A DNA stretch of 63,985 bases, counting the filler, from Candidatus Hydrogenedentota bacterium (GTDB lineage: Bacteria > JBFMHD01): assembly GCA_040752395.1 (NCBI GenBank). It is 6 parts of 6 records of this genome, joined end to end, with 100 filler letters (N's around TTAATTAATTAA, not from the genome) between each part and the next. Parts side by side here need not be neighbours in the genome. Positions count along the whole stretch, not along the records: positions 1 to 10,894 come from JBFMHD010000084.1; 5 more parts are not named here. One strand, 5' to 3'. How positions within the stretch are numbered: position 1 is the stretch's first letter; each line of letters starts with the position of its first letter. The position numbers were made by a program, and so were the translations under genes. The notes below the pieces were generated by a model that made no database searches, was not told where the DNA came from, and saw nothing but the letters and a program-made list of their open reading frames with translations. Positions 1 to 9,469 of this stretch are shown here, in pieces.

Positions 1-75
1 GTTTGCATACCATTTGGAATCCCAGTCTTCAATAATTTTCAGTCTCTGAATTTTTGGTGGCACCTTCTGACCCAT
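1..75 (-). CDS. rpsC: 30S ribosomal protein S3, N-terminal part (runs off window start)
   Basis: Manual translation [25 protein letters not shown]; position downstream of rplV; SD GAGGAG 6 nt upstream. Confidence 0.93.
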   Translation of the reverse strand, partial: MGQKVPPKIQRLKIIEDWDSKWYAN

Positions 76-81
76 TAGACT

Positions 82-112
82 CTCCTCTGAAAAATATTCT
101 AACTCTAATAAT
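82..112 (-). promoter_or_regulatory. 31-bp conserved site, copy 1; supplies the rpsC SD
   Basis: ATTATTAGAGTTAGAATATTTTTCAGAGGAG, 6 nt before the ATG. Confidence 0.85.
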
Positions 113-187
113 ATCAAATAGAAGCAAGAGGCAAGAAGCAAGATAACGGAAAGAAAGATAACGAAAGAGGCAAGAAAACGTCTGAAT

Positions 188-218
188 CTCCTCTGAAAAA
201 CTTCGCAACCCTAATAAT
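188..218 (-). repeat. 31-bp conserved site, copy 2 (internal)
   Basis: ATTATTAGGGTTGCGAAGTTTTTCAGAGGAG. Confidence 0.85.
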
Positions 219-364
219 TTGGGCTACAGGCTACAGGTTACGGACTACAGCCGGCTGGAGCCAAAAGCCCAGAGCCTGCTGAAAAGTCTTGAGTCCTGAG
301 TCTTGAGTCTTGAGTCCTGTTTTGACTCACGACTCACGACTCTTTTTATATCATCTTTAGTTTT

Positions 365-460
365 TCATCCTTTGTGTAGAGCGCAAAAACCCAAAAATGC
401 AATAACCCAATAACCCAAGAACCCAATAACACAATAGTGTAGAGCGCAACCCGCGCTCAT
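365..460 (-). other. Possible 31-aa hydrophobic mini-ORF inside a repeat module
   Basis: MSAGCALHYCVIGFLGYWVIAFLGFCALHKG*, preceded by GAAGGAG of site 3 at 5-nt spacing. Confidence 0.3.
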
Positions 461-465
461 GTTGA

Positions 466-496
466 CTCCTTCGAAAAACTTCGCGACCCTAATAAT
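466..496 (-). repeat. 31-bp conserved site, copy 3
   Basis: ATTATTAGGGTCGCGAAGTTTTTCGAAGGAG, identical to copy 7. Confidence 0.85.
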
Positions 497-550
497 TTTA
501 CGAAGTAAGAAGTATCAGAAAAAATTTTAATCTTTCAATCTTTGAATCTC

Positions 551-892
551 TCAACTCTCTTCATTTGTAACAACAATGGTTATATGCGAGGTGTAAACTC
601 TTATGCGGTTAGCCATCCCACGTGACCTCGGTACAACCCGCTTTAATATAAATCCCCTGTCTGCATAAGCTTGCTTTATATATAAATCCTTTTCATCAAG
701 TCCTGCATCATCCTGTTTAGCATTGTTAACCGCGGATTTTAAAAGCTTTAATATTATCTTAGCAGCCCGTTTATTACTAAATTTTAACTGATCCATAACT
801 TCTCTAACGTTCTTCTTACGAATCTCATTTAAAATGAGCATCACTTTACTCGGTGTTATTCGTTCAAATCGCTTTATAGCTCTCGCTTCCAT
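551..892 (-). CDS. rplV: 50S ribosomal protein L22
   Basis: A..K..RI.P.K, LLKSAVNNA, RSRG.A.RI...SHITIV motifs; S10 operon order. Confidence 0.97.
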   Translation of the reverse strand: MEARAIKRFERITPSKVMLILNEIRKKNVREVMDQLKFSNKRAAKIILKLLKSAVNNAKQDDAGLDEKDLYIKQAYADRGFILKRVVPRSRGMANRIRVYTSHITIVVTNEES

Positions 893-894
893 AA

Positions 895-1191
895 TTATTC
901 CTCTTTACCCTTTTCACCCTCACCCTCTGCTTTCCTACCACCATGCATTTTAAAAATTCTTGTTGGTGAAAATTCGCCTAATTTATGACCAACCATATTC
1001 TCCGTAACATATACCGGTATAAACTTTCTACCATTATATACAAGAAATGTTATACCTACAAATTCAGGTAAAATAGTTGTTCGCCGTGACCATGTCTTTA
1101 TTACACCCTTAATCTTACCCTCTTTTAAATCCTTAACTTTTTTTAAAATATATTCATCAACAAATGGCCCTTTCTTAACTGACCTCGGCAT
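895..1191 (-). CDS. rpsS: 30S ribosomal protein S19
   Basis: [30 protein letters not shown]. Confidence 0.98.
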   Translation of the reverse strand: MPRSVKKGPFVDEYILKKVKDLKEGKIKGVIKTWSRRTTILPEFVGITFLVYNGRKFIPVYVTENMVGHKLGEFSPTRIFKMHGGRKAEGEGEKGKEE

Positions 1192-1196
1192 CTAAA

Positions 1197-2024
1197 CTAC
1201 TTCCTCCTTTTTAAAATCATTTTATTTGATGGTTTAGATTTTTTTCTTGTTTTTAATCCTTTGGTATGCCAGCCCCACGGCGAAACCGGATGCGGATTCC
1301 CTTGAGGCGATTTCCCTTCGCCCCCACCATGCGGATGGTCAACAGGATTCATTGCCACACCACGTACCGTTGGCCTTATACCCATATGCCTTGACCTGCC
1401 CGCTTTCCCAATTGATATGTTCTCATGCTCTTCATTACCTACCATCCCTATCGTTGCTCTGCATTCAAGTTTAACCATTCTCACCTCGCCTGATGGTAGT
1501 TTCAAATGCGCATACCCTCCTTCCTTAGCCATAAGCTGTGTATAATTCCCGGCAGAACGACAAAGCTGGCCACCCTTCCCTCTTGTTAATTCTATGTTAT
1601 GAATAATAGTACCCACAGGTATCTTTTCGATTGGTAAACAATTACCTATCTTAATTTCAGCATTAGACCCATTCATTACTTCATCCCCAACATTTAACCC
1701 TTTCGGTGATAATATATATCTTTTTTCTCCATCCTTATAGACAAGAAGCGCAATCCTTGCTGACCTTGCTGGGTCATACTCTATTGAGACAACTTTTGCA
1801 GGGATACTATCTTTCAACCTCTTAAAATCAATAATCCGATATTTTCGTTTTGCTCCGCCACCACGATGCCGAACCGTTATCCTTCCCATATTGTTCCGAC
1901 CACCTGTTCTTTTCAATGGTATAACTAAAGATTTTTCAGGCTCGGTTCTTGTTATCTCTGAAAAATCAGAGACAGTCATCTGCCTCTGTGCTTGCGTAGT
2001 CGGTCTGTAAGCCCTGATACCCAT
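1197..2024 (-). CDS. rplB: 50S ribosomal protein L2
   Basis: [40 protein letters not shown]. Confidence 0.99.
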   Translation of the reverse strand: MGIRAYRPTTQAQRQMTVSDFSEITRTEPEKSLVIPLKRTGGRNNMGRITVRHRGGGAKRKYRIIDFKRLKDSIPAKVVSIEYDPARSARIALLVYKDGEKRYILSPKGLNVGDEVMNGSNAEIKIGNCLPIEKIPVGTIIHNIELTRGKGGQLCRSAGNYTQLMAKEGGYAHLKLPSGEVRMVKLECRATIGMVGNEEHENISIGKAGRSRHMGIRPTVRGVAMNPVDHPHGGGEGKSPQGNPHPVSPWGWHTKGLKTRKKSKPSNKMILKRRK

Positions 2025-2026
2025 TT

Positions 2027-2311
2027 CTATGCTCCCTCAAATAGCTTAATTGTCTGACCTTCCTTCAGTTTAATTACAGCCTTTCTTCTTTCTCGCGTAT
2101 ATCCTGCCCTACCCCTTAATCTCCGCACTTTAGCTGGTTTTTTGATAATATTGATTTTTCTTGCATCAACTAAAAATAACTTTTTTATAGCCTCTTTAAT
2201 CTGGCCTTTGGTCGCTTGTGAATGTACATAAAACGTATATATACTTTTCTCTCTGTTAATAACTGCTTTCTCTGTCTGTACCGGTTCAATAATAATATCT
2301 TCAGGAAACAT
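2027..2311 (-). CDS. rplW: 50S ribosomal protein L23
   Basis: [23 protein letters not shown]; operon order. Confidence 0.95.
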   Translation of the reverse strand: MFPEDIIIEPVQTEKAVINREKSIYTFYVHSQATKGQIKEAIKKLFLVDARKINIIKKPAKVRRLRGRAGYTRERRKAVIKLKEGQTIKLFEGA

Positions 2312-2313
2312 AT

Positions 2314-2964
2314 CTACCCTCTTTTTTCAAGACTTAAAAAACTCTTTAACCTCTGATTAAACTCCAAAAAAGAATCATTCGTAAATAAAATGTCTTCAGT
2401 ATCCAGAATATTATAAGCATTTACATCAGAATATCTCATTATTGCGACACCTGGTATATTTCTGCCTGATTTTATAATTTTTTCATCATTGTTTTGTTCG
2501 ATGATAAGAACCTTGTCTCTCAGACCCATTTTTTCTAAAAGTAAAACCATCTTCTTTGTTTGCGGTTTCTCAAATTCAAAATTTTCTATAATATGGAACG
2601 CTTGTTCTTTTGCTTTAATTCTTGACGCTCCTAATAATGCAAGCCTTTTCATTCTTATATTAATCTTCTGTCTCCAATTCCTTGGTTTCGGACCAAAAAC
2701 AGTCCCACCCCCTAGCCATAAAGGACTTCTTATAGAACTATGTCTTGCTCTACCTGTGCCCTTCTGACGCCACGGTTTACGACCACCACCACGAACCTCA
2801 GCCCGTGTCTTTGTTTTTACCGTGCCCTTTCTCTGGTTAGCAAGATAAGCTGTTATAACTTGATGTAAAAGAAATTCATAAATTTTACCCTGATATATCT
2901 CTGAACTTAATTCTTCTTTACCAGTAAGTTCACCGTCTTTTGTAAACCTCTCAGCTGTTAACAT
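2314..2964 (-). CDS. rplD: 50S ribosomal protein L4 (start revised to ATG 2964)
   Basis: TKTRAEVRGGGRKPWRQKGTGRAR, GGGTVFGPKPR; the ORF-track extension overlaps a TCTTGCT repeat. Confidence 0.96.
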   Translation of the reverse strand: MLTAERFTKDGELTGKEELSSEIYQGKIYEFLLHQVITAYLANQRKGTVKTKTRAEVRGGGRKPWRQKGTGRARHSSIRSPLWLGGGTVFGPKPRNWRQKINIRMKRLALLGASRIKAKEQAFHIIENFEFEKPQTKKMVLLLEKMGLRDKVLIIEQNNDEKIIKSGRNIPGVAIMRYSDVNAYNILDTEDILFTNDSFLEFNQRLKSFLSLEKRG

Positions 2965-3033
2965 CTTTCTCTCCAATAGGCAAAATACCAGATCTTGCTT
3001 CTTGCCTCTGATAACAATAATGACCACGGCTGC

Positions 3034-3645
3034 TTATGCTGTTGTTATCTGTAAATAGCTTCCATTCGCTCCTGGTACAGCACCTTTTACAAATATAAGA
3101 TTTTCTTCTTTGTTTATATCTACAATCTTCAGATTTCTAACCGTTACTCGTTCACAGCCATAATGTCCAGGGCCACGTGTCCCTTTTCTTGAATGCTGCG
3201 GAAATCTTGTTCCTCTTGAGCCAACACCTCTAAATGACTTAGCGGTCCCATGACTCGCTCCAAACCCACTAAAACCATATCGTTTCACCGCACCTGTAAA
3301 CCCCCGACCTTTTGTCAGTCCACTAATATTTACCATCTCTCCTATGTTAAAAATATCTACTTTTATCTGGTCACCTACATTGTAATTTGTATCAAATTTT
3401 AGCTCTTTTAATACTCTGCAAACAGCAACATTTACTTTTTTGAATATCCCTGATTCTGCATTGTTCAAAGACTTCTCTTTACAAGTGTCAAACCCAAGTT
3501 GCAGTGTTTCATACTTATCATTCCCATATTTAATCTTTTTAATAAGATAACATGGACCTGCTTCTATAACAGTAACAGGTATAACTTTACCCTGTTCGTC
3601 AAATAATTGTGTCATCCCCAATTTTTTTCCAATTAATCCCTTCAT
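3034..3645 (-). CDS. rplC: 50S ribosomal protein L3 (likely start MKGLIGKK at 3645)
   Basis: GKKLGMTQLF, PVTVIEAGPC, KGRGFTGAVKR, VKGAVPG. Confidence 0.97.
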   Translation of the reverse strand: MKGLIGKKLGMTQLFDEQGKVIPVTVIEAGPCYLIKKIKYGNDKYETLQLGFDTCKEKSLNNAESGIFKKVNVAVCRVLKELKFDTNYNVGDQIKVDIFNIGEMVNISGLTKGRGFTGAVKRYGFSGFGASHGTAKSFRGVGSRGTRFPQHSRKGTRGPGHYGCERVTVRNLKIVDINKEENLIFVKGAVPGANGSYLQITTA

Positions 3646-3661
3646 CTTGTCGCTTCGCTCC

Positions 3662-4000
3662 ATTGCAAATTGTAAATTGCAAATTTATTTGCCTACTTTG
3701 GGTCTTGTGACCCTCACTACGTCATTTTTCCATTCATTTTGCAATCTCCAATTTCCAATCTTCAATTTTCAATTGTGCCTCTTGCTTCTTGCTTCTTTCG
3801 TCATCTTTCTTTCCGTTATCTTGCCTCTGAGAAGTCTTGAGTCTTGTTTTGACTCACGACTCTTTTCATATCATCTCATATAAAAAGTTAAAAGTTAAAA
3901 GTAAAGAAAGCGAAAATATACACTTCCTTGCCGTATCTTTGAATCTCTGTGCCTTTGTACCTCTAACTACAATTTCCAATATACAATTCGACATACGCAG
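3662..4000. repeat. Mosaic of heptamer modules between rpsJ and rplC (TTGCAAA/TTTYCAA inverted arms, TCTTGCT, GAGTCTT/GACTCAC, AAAGTTA)
   Basis: 7-nt periodic tracts shared with other arrays; no full 31-bp site here. Confidence 0.85.
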
Positions 4001-4008
4001 TATGTCGC

Positions 4009-4317
4009 CTAACTCTTTATCTCTACATCTACACCAGCAGGTAATTCGAGTTTCATCAACGCATCAATCGTATCCGGCGAAGGATTATAAATATCAATCA
4101 ACCTTTTGTGGGTTCTTATCTCAAATTGTTCTCTTGACTTTATGTTTACATGTGGAGACCGAAGCACAGTCCATCTATTTACATTAGTCGGTAATGGTAT
4201 TGGACCTGATACTTCTGCCCCCTTTCTCTGCGCAGTATTAACAATCTTCTTTGCAGACTGGTCAAGTATCCTGTGGTCAAACGATTTTAGTTTAATCCGT
4301 ATCTTCTGTTTAGCCAT
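4009..4317 (-). CDS. rpsJ: 30S ribosomal protein S10 (start revised to MAKQKIRI)
   Basis: [26 protein letters not shown]...[16 protein letters not shown]. Confidence 0.98.
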   Translation of the reverse strand: MAKQKIRIKLKSFDHRILDQSAKKIVNTAQRKGAEVSGPIPLPTNVNRWTVLRSPHVNIKSREQFEIRTHKRLIDIYNPSPDTIDALMKLELPAGVDVEIKS

Positions 4318-4354
4318 AATAAATTGAACCTCAAAGCCTGCCTTAAGTTTGGCA

Positions 4355-5563
4355 CTACTCAATCACCTTTGTAACAACACCTGCACCAATCGTCTTACCA
4401 CCCTCTCTAACCGCAAACCGCACACCCTCCTCCATCGCTATGTTGCTTATTAACTCAACCTCTATCTCGGTGTTGTCCCCTGGCACCACCATCTCTACAC
4501 CCTCTTTTAACTTTATGGTCCCGGTTACATCCGTTGTCCTGAAATAAAACTGCGGCCGATACCCGCTGAAAAATGGCTTGTGCCTGCCACCCTCCTCCTT
4601 CTTTAATACATATACCTCTGATAAAAATCGCTTGTGAGGCGTTATCGTCTTCGGAACCGCTACTACCTGTCCACGCTCCACCTCGTCCTTACCTATACCC
4701 CTTAATAATAACCCTATGTTATCACCTGCTACACCCTCATCTAATAACTTCCGAAACATCTCTACACCTGTCACTACCGTCTCCTGCGTCGGCCTTATCC
4801 CAACTATCTCTACCTTGTCTCCTACCTTTATCTTGCCTCGCTCCACTCGACCCGTCACTACTGTCCCTCGACCCGTTATCGAAAATACATCCTCGATCGA
4901 CATTAAAAATGGCTTCTCTATGTCTCGCTTTGGCACAGGAATGTATCTGTCTAATGCATCGATTAACTCTATTACACATTTCCCAGCCTCATTATTCGGC
5001 TCACCCTCTCGCATCGCTTTTAATGCATCACCACGTATAAATGGTATCTCATCACCCGGAAACTTATACTGCTTTAATAAATCCCTGACCTCCATCTCTA
5101 CTAAATCTATTAACTCAGGGTCATCTACTAAATCTATCTTGTTCAAGAATACTACGATGTAGGGCACACCTACTTGCCGGGCTAATAATATATGTTCGCG
5201 TGTCTGCGGCATCGGACCATCAGCTGCACTCACTACAAGTATCGCACCGTCCATCTGCGCAGCACCGGTTATCATATTCTTTACATAATCCGCATGGCCT
5301 GGACAATCTATATGTGCGTAATGACGATTTGCACTCTGATACTCAACATGCGAGATCGCTATGGTCAATATCTTGGTCTCATCCCGCCTGCCCTGTTTCT
5401 CGCTCGCTTTTGCTACCTCATCATAACTCACCTCTTTTGCTAAACCCTGGCGTGCTAAAACCCGCGTCATCGCTGCGGTGAGCGTTGTCTTACCATGATC
5501 AACATGGCCTATTGTCCCAACATTAACATGCGGCTTGGTTCGCTCGAATTTTGGTTTACTCAT
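4355..5563 (-). CDS. tuf: Elongation factor Tu
   Basis: [41 protein letters not shown]. Confidence 0.99.
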   Translation of the reverse strand: MSKPKFERTKPHVNVGTIGHVDHGKTTLTAAMTRVLARQGLAKEVSYDEVAKASEKQGRRDETKILTIAISHVEYQSANRHYAHIDCPGHADYVKNMITGAAQMDGAILVVSAADGPMPQTREHILLARQVGVPYIVVFLNKIDLVDDPELIDLVEMEVRDLLKQYKFPGDEIPFIRGDALKAMREGEPNNEAGKCVIELIDALDRYIPVPKRDIEKPFLMSIEDVFSITGRGTVVTGRVERGKIKVGDKVEIVGIRPTQETVVTGVEMFRKLLDEGVAGDNIGLLLRGIGKDEVERGQVVAVPKTITPHKRFLSEVYVLKKEEGGRHKPFFSGYRPQFYFRTTDVTGTIKLKEGVEMVVPGDNTEIEVELISNIAMEEGVRFAVREGGKTIGAGVVTKVIE

Positions 5564-5570
5564 AGTTCTC

Positions 5571-5902
5571 CTCCTCTGAAAAACATTGTAACTATAATAA
5601 TATCAAGTAGAAGCAAGAGGCAAGAAGCAAGATAACGGAAAGAAAGATAACGAAAGAAGCAAGAGGCAAGAGGCAAGAAAACGTCTGAATCTCCTCTGAA
5701 AAACGCTGTAACTCTAATAATTTGGGCTACAGGCTACAGGCTACGGACTACAGCCGGCTGGAGCCCGAAGCCCGGAGCCTGGTGAAAAGTCTTGAGTCTC
5801 GAGTCTCGAGTCTCGAGTCCTGTTTTGACTCACGACTCTTTTTATATCATCTTTAGTTTTTCATCCTTTGTGTAGAGCGCAAAAACGCAATAACCCAATA
5901 AC
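5571..5902 (-). repeat. Composite array between tRNA-Thr and tuf with two 31-bp sites (copy 4, 5571-5601, tuf SD; copy 5, 5691-5721)
   Basis: Same module order as 82-420 with different repeat-unit counts. Confidence 0.95.
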
Positions 5903-5908
5903 GCATAT

Positions 5909-5981
5909 AGCCCACGGGCGGATTCGAACCGCCGACCACCTCCTTACCAAGGAGGTGCTCTACCGCCTGAGCCACATGGGC
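5909..5981 (-). tRNA. tRNA-Thr(GGT), CCA not encoded
   Basis: GCCCATG acceptor stem pairing with CGTGGGC, D-arm GCTC..GAGC, anticodon arm CCTCC-TTGGTAA-GGAGG, T-loop GTTCGAATC. Confidence 0.96.
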
Positions 5982-6069
5982 AAATATACTTTTATCTTCA
6001 TCATAGTTAATTCAAACTGTCAAGCAAAAATCGTTTTCCTTGGTATCCTCCCGGTCTTTGGTAGAGTCC

Positions 6070-6316
6070 TTAAGTTCGGTGTTTTTGTTTTCGGTTATAG
6101 GTTATAGGTTTTAGATTCTTATATCATGAGATCTGTGCAATTCGCGCAGAATTTTAACTCAACTACATTGCGTCAAAAGTCCAGATATAGAAGTTTGGTT
6201 GGTGGCACTGCCACCTTAGGTTATCGGTAAACCGAACATCGAACATCGAAAACCTAACACCGAAGCTAAAACCCAAAACCGATAACCGAATATCTTGCTT
6301 CTTAGATTTTGCTTCT
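6070..6316. repeat. Inverted heptamer arms (GGTTATA/TCGGTGT versus AACCGAA/AACATCG) around a ~120-nt loop
   Basis: Left arm 6076-6105 is the reverse complement of 32961-32990 with one mismatch. Confidence 0.75.
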
Positions 6317-6347
6317 ATTATATCACCTGTAACTGATGAGATAAGTA

Positions 6348-7244
6348 TCATAGGGTAAGTTTAAGATCTTCGTATGCTGGTAGTATTCTTAATGATGAAT
6401 GTGTTTTATTTTTAATTTTTTTAGCATATCTCATAATATCATCAATCTTTCTATCCGGTGATTCGGGTGCATAATGAAACGGTATCAAAACCTTAACTTT
6501 ATTACGTTGGCAGAGTTTTATACCTTCCTGAACTATGCTATGACCCCATGTCTTTTTTCCGAAACCTTCTTTTTCGCAGGCTTGAGGATCATATTCCTGA
6601 TGGGTATACTGGGTATCATAAACAAGTGCGTCAGCACCCCTGCATAATTTATCAAGCTTCTTTTCCCATTCTTTGCTATGCTCAGTATCAGTTGCATATA
6701 CAAAAATTTTACCTTTTCTATTTTCTATTCTATAACCAAAAGTCGGATCAGGATGATTTATATATATGGGTAATATTTTATATTCCCGGATTCTTAGTAT
6801 TTTTTCTTCTTTTAATTCAATCATTTTTATTTCTGACTGTAAATTAGAAAAGTTAAGAGGGAAAAATGGTTTTGTAAAAATCTTTGGCAGCTCCTTTTTA
6901 AGATTTTTACAGCCATAAATATTGATTCTGTTACCTTTTATATAGATAGGCTTAAAAAATGGTAGCCCAATAATATGATCCCAATGTAAATGTCCAAGAA
7001 ATAAATCAATCACAGCCCTACCAGTATTAAAATCAGTTTTTCTTAATTGTTTACCATCGGGATTAACAGCACATAATTTATTTCCTAATAGCCGTATGCC
7101 GCTGCCGGCATCAAGAATAAAAGCATAATCTTTGTCTTCAACCAGAGAGACGCAACTTGTATTGCCGCCGTATTTATGATAATTAATCTTTCTTGTTGAG
7201 GGTGAAGGTAATGATCCTCTGACACCATAAAATCTAATATCCAT
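6348..7244 (-). CDS. MBL-fold metallo-hydrolase (RNase Z/phosphodiesterase-like)
   Basis: GVRGS.P, YGGNTSC, DAGSG, HLHWDHIIG, TDTEH, WGHS, FHYAP. Confidence 0.9.
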   Translation of the reverse strand: MDIRFYGVRGSLPSPSTRKINYHKYGGNTSCVSLVEDKDYAFILDAGSGIRLLGNKLCAVNPDGKQLRKTDFNTGRAVIDLFLGHLHWDHIIGLPFFKPIYIKGNRINIYGCKNLKKELPKIFTKPFFPLNFSNLQSEIKMIELKEEKILRIREYKILPIYINHPDPTFGYRIENRKGKIFVYATDTEHSKEWEKKLDKLCRGADALVYDTQYTHQEYDPQACEKEGFGKKTWGHSIVQEGIKLCQRNKVKVLIPFHYAPESPDRKIDDIMRYAKKIKNKTHSSLRILPAYEDLKLTL

Positions 7245-9202
7245 TATATTTCTATCCCTTCTTCAACTATTATTCTTGTGATTTCAGCGACGCTCCAGGC
7301 CTGGGCAAAACATCCTCTGCATAGATGCGGGCTATCCCCATCAAATATTTCAGAGATGTTGCTGATACAACCATCAGAAAGATGTGTATCTAAAAAATTT
7401 TTTAAATAAATTTTTACTTCTTCTCTGGTTTTACTGTCTCTACTATAAACATTAAGATAGGCAGTAAAATATGGTCCTAACAAATATGGCCAGACTGTAC
7501 CCTGATGATAAGCCATATCACGTGCCTTTAAATCACCTGTGTAAACTCCTTTATACCTTTTATCATCAGGTGAGAGGGTTCGAACCCCAAACGGGGTTAA
7601 AAGTTTCTCTTTGATTACTTGAAGAATTAAACGCGCCTTTTCTCCAAAAATAAGCTGAAAAGGAAGACTCATAGTGAATAATTGATTGGGTCTTAAACTT
7701 GAATCCTTCTTATTCTTGTCTATAACATCAAATAAATATTTGCCATCAGAAAACCAGAAAAGATCAATAAACCTCTCTTCAATTTTTTTAATATATCTTT
7801 GAGTAAGTATCTTTGTTTTATTATCATTGAACTTATCTGCAAATAATTCAACTATCTTTAATAAATTATACCATAAAGCCTGAATTTCTACGGGTTTACC
7901 TCTTCTTGGTGTTACTACAATATTCTCAACTTTAGCATCCATCCATGTAAGTTGAATACCTTCTTCGCCTGCATATAACATCCCATCCTCGTCATCAACC
8001 TTTATAGAATGTCTCGTCCCTTTAATATGATTCTCAATGATATTTAAAAGTTTCTCATAAACTTCATCTTTTATAAATTCTTCATCACCTGTATATCTAT
8101 AGTAAAAATATATAGAATTAGCCAGCCATAAAGTGCCATCAACTGTATTATAAAGAGGTTCTGTCTGGGCTTCAGGAAACACATTCGGTATCATACCTTT
8201 AGATAGATATTTCAGAAAAGATTTTATTATACTTTTAGCGATATCAAATCTCTTGGTTACAAGAGCTAAACCGGGCAATGAAATCATAGTATCCCGGCCC
8301 CAGTCAGTAAACCATGGATAACCTGCTATAACACTCCAGCCATCATCACGTCTTACAAAAAAAGAATCACAAGCAGAAAATAAAACAGACTTAGTTAAAC
8401 TCTCTCCGCCTTTTCTAAATTCGGCGTCATACCTTTGCTGTATAATATTATCTGCCTGCTCAGTAGTTAAAATTGGATCTATGTTATCAGTTGCGATCAA
8501 AGTAATTGTTGATGCTGGATTTAAATTTATCTCAAAAACCCCGGGAGAGAAGAGGTCTTCATTATAAGGCTCTCCTTTTTCTTTATCTATTGAGTATAAA
8601 AAATTATAATACCATAAAGGTTCATCAATAAATTCTGAATTATCAAGTTTAATATATAAACAGAAATTATCACGATTTATTTTTAAGGTTCCATCATTAA
8701 ATTTATTGGTATATTTTATGTTCTGGTTTGATTTTTGAACTATATGATGATTTCTTATAGATAATAATGGTCTTAATCTGAGTTTTATATTTTTAGTACC
8801 TTCTAAGTATTTATAAGAGAGGTAAATGGTATTACTATCAGGTAACATACCGAGCTTTTTTTCTAATCTATAATCTCTGACTCTGTAAACCCATTTAACA
8901 AAAGCATCGAGACTAAATTTTTCAAGGTATTTATAACCATCGGGATATACGATACCATCTGAATATATGTTAGAGTCTATAGCGACCCTCTCGCCGGCTA
9001 AATCTAAAACTTCTTCAATCTTATTTAAAAATACAAACCTTTCCACAGGTTGTCTTGTAACCGCTACTAATAAACCATGGTATCTTCTCATAAGGATACC
9101 AAAAATATTACACACAGAATAACCACCAATCCTGTTGGTTATTAAATATTCTTTATTCAGATTTTTTTTAAAATCAAAAAGCTTTTCTCCAGATAATTCC
9201 AC
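7244..9202 (-). CDS. Glycogen debranching enzyme, amylo-alpha-1,6-glucosidase type (start revised to GTG 9202)
   Basis: EYLITN..GGY, RRYHGLL, IAGYPWFTDWGRDTMISLPGL, TWMDAKV, YHQGTVWP, QAWSVAE. Confidence 0.93.
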   Translation of the reverse strand: MELSGEKLFDFKKNLNKEYLITNRIGGYSVCNIFGILMRRYHGLLVAVTRQPVERFVFLNKIEEVLDLAGERVAIDSNIYSDGIVYPDGYKYLEKFSLDAFVKWVYRVRDYRLEKKLGMLPDSNTIYLSYKYLEGTKNIKLRLRPLLSIRNHHIVQKSNQNIKYTNKFNDGTLKINRDNFCLYIKLDNSEFIDEPLWYYNFLYSIDKEKGEPYNEDLFSPGVFEINLNPASTITLIATDNIDPILTTEQADNIIQQRYDAEFRKGGESLTKSVLFSACDSFFVRRDDGWSVIAGYPWFTDWGRDTMISLPGLALVTKRFDIAKSIIKSFLKYLSKGMIPNVFPEAQTEPLYNTVDGTLWLANSIYFYYRYTGDEEFIKDEVYEKLLNIIENHIKGTRHSIKVDDEDGMLYAGEEGIQLTWMDAKVENIVVTPRRGKPVEIQALWYNLLKIVELFADKFNDNKTKILTQRYIKKIEERFIDLFWFSDGKYLFDVIDKNKKDSSLRPNQLFTMSLPFQLIFGEKARLILQVIKEKLLTPFGVRTLSPDDKRYKGVYTGDLKARDMAYHQGTVWPYLLGPYFTAYLNVYSRDSKTREEVKIYLKNFLDTHLSDGCISNISEIFDGDSPHLCRGCFAQAWSVAEITRIIVEEGIEI

Positions 9203-9207
9203 TTGGT

Positions 9208-9450
9208 CTCCTTCGAAAAACGCTGTAACTATAATAATATCAAGTAGAAGCAAGATAACGGAAGAAGTGAGAGGTATCAGGACAGGCTACAGGCTACGGA
9301 CTACAGCCGGCTGGAGCCAAAAGCCCGGAGCCTGAAGCCAACATATCATCTTTAGTTTTTCATCCTTTGTGTAGAACGCAAATCGCGCTCATGACGACTC
9401 CTTCGAAAAACTTCGCGACCCTAATAATTTCACGAACTTCTCGCTTCTTC
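9208..9450 (-). repeat. Composite array with 31-bp sites copy 6 (9208-9238, SD of debranching gene) and copy 7 (9398-9428)
   Basis: AGAAGCA/AGAAGTG/GGCTACA modules between two sites. Confidence 0.93.
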
Positions 9451-9469
9451 TCCACCTACAACTGAAGCA

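Larger units (their letters stand above)
76..550 (-). repeat. Composite intergenic repeat array: three 31-bp sites separating AGAAGCA, GGCTACA, GAGTCTT/GACTCAC, AATAACCC and TCTTTSAA modules
   Basis: Near-identical modules recur at 5571-5902, 9208-9450, 9868-10040, 24455-24752 and 53874-54057. Confidence 0.95.

Noticed and set aside
82-496. 31-bp repeats as a CRISPR array
   Set aside because: Spacing is irregular (75 and 247 bp), intervening DNA is itself repeated elsewhere, copies are dispersed and no cas genes are present.
5995-6025. Sigma70 promoter for tRNA-Thr/tuf
   Set aside because: TTGACA is present on the minus strand but the TATGAT hexamer is only 12 nt away; no good -10 at 16-18 nt.
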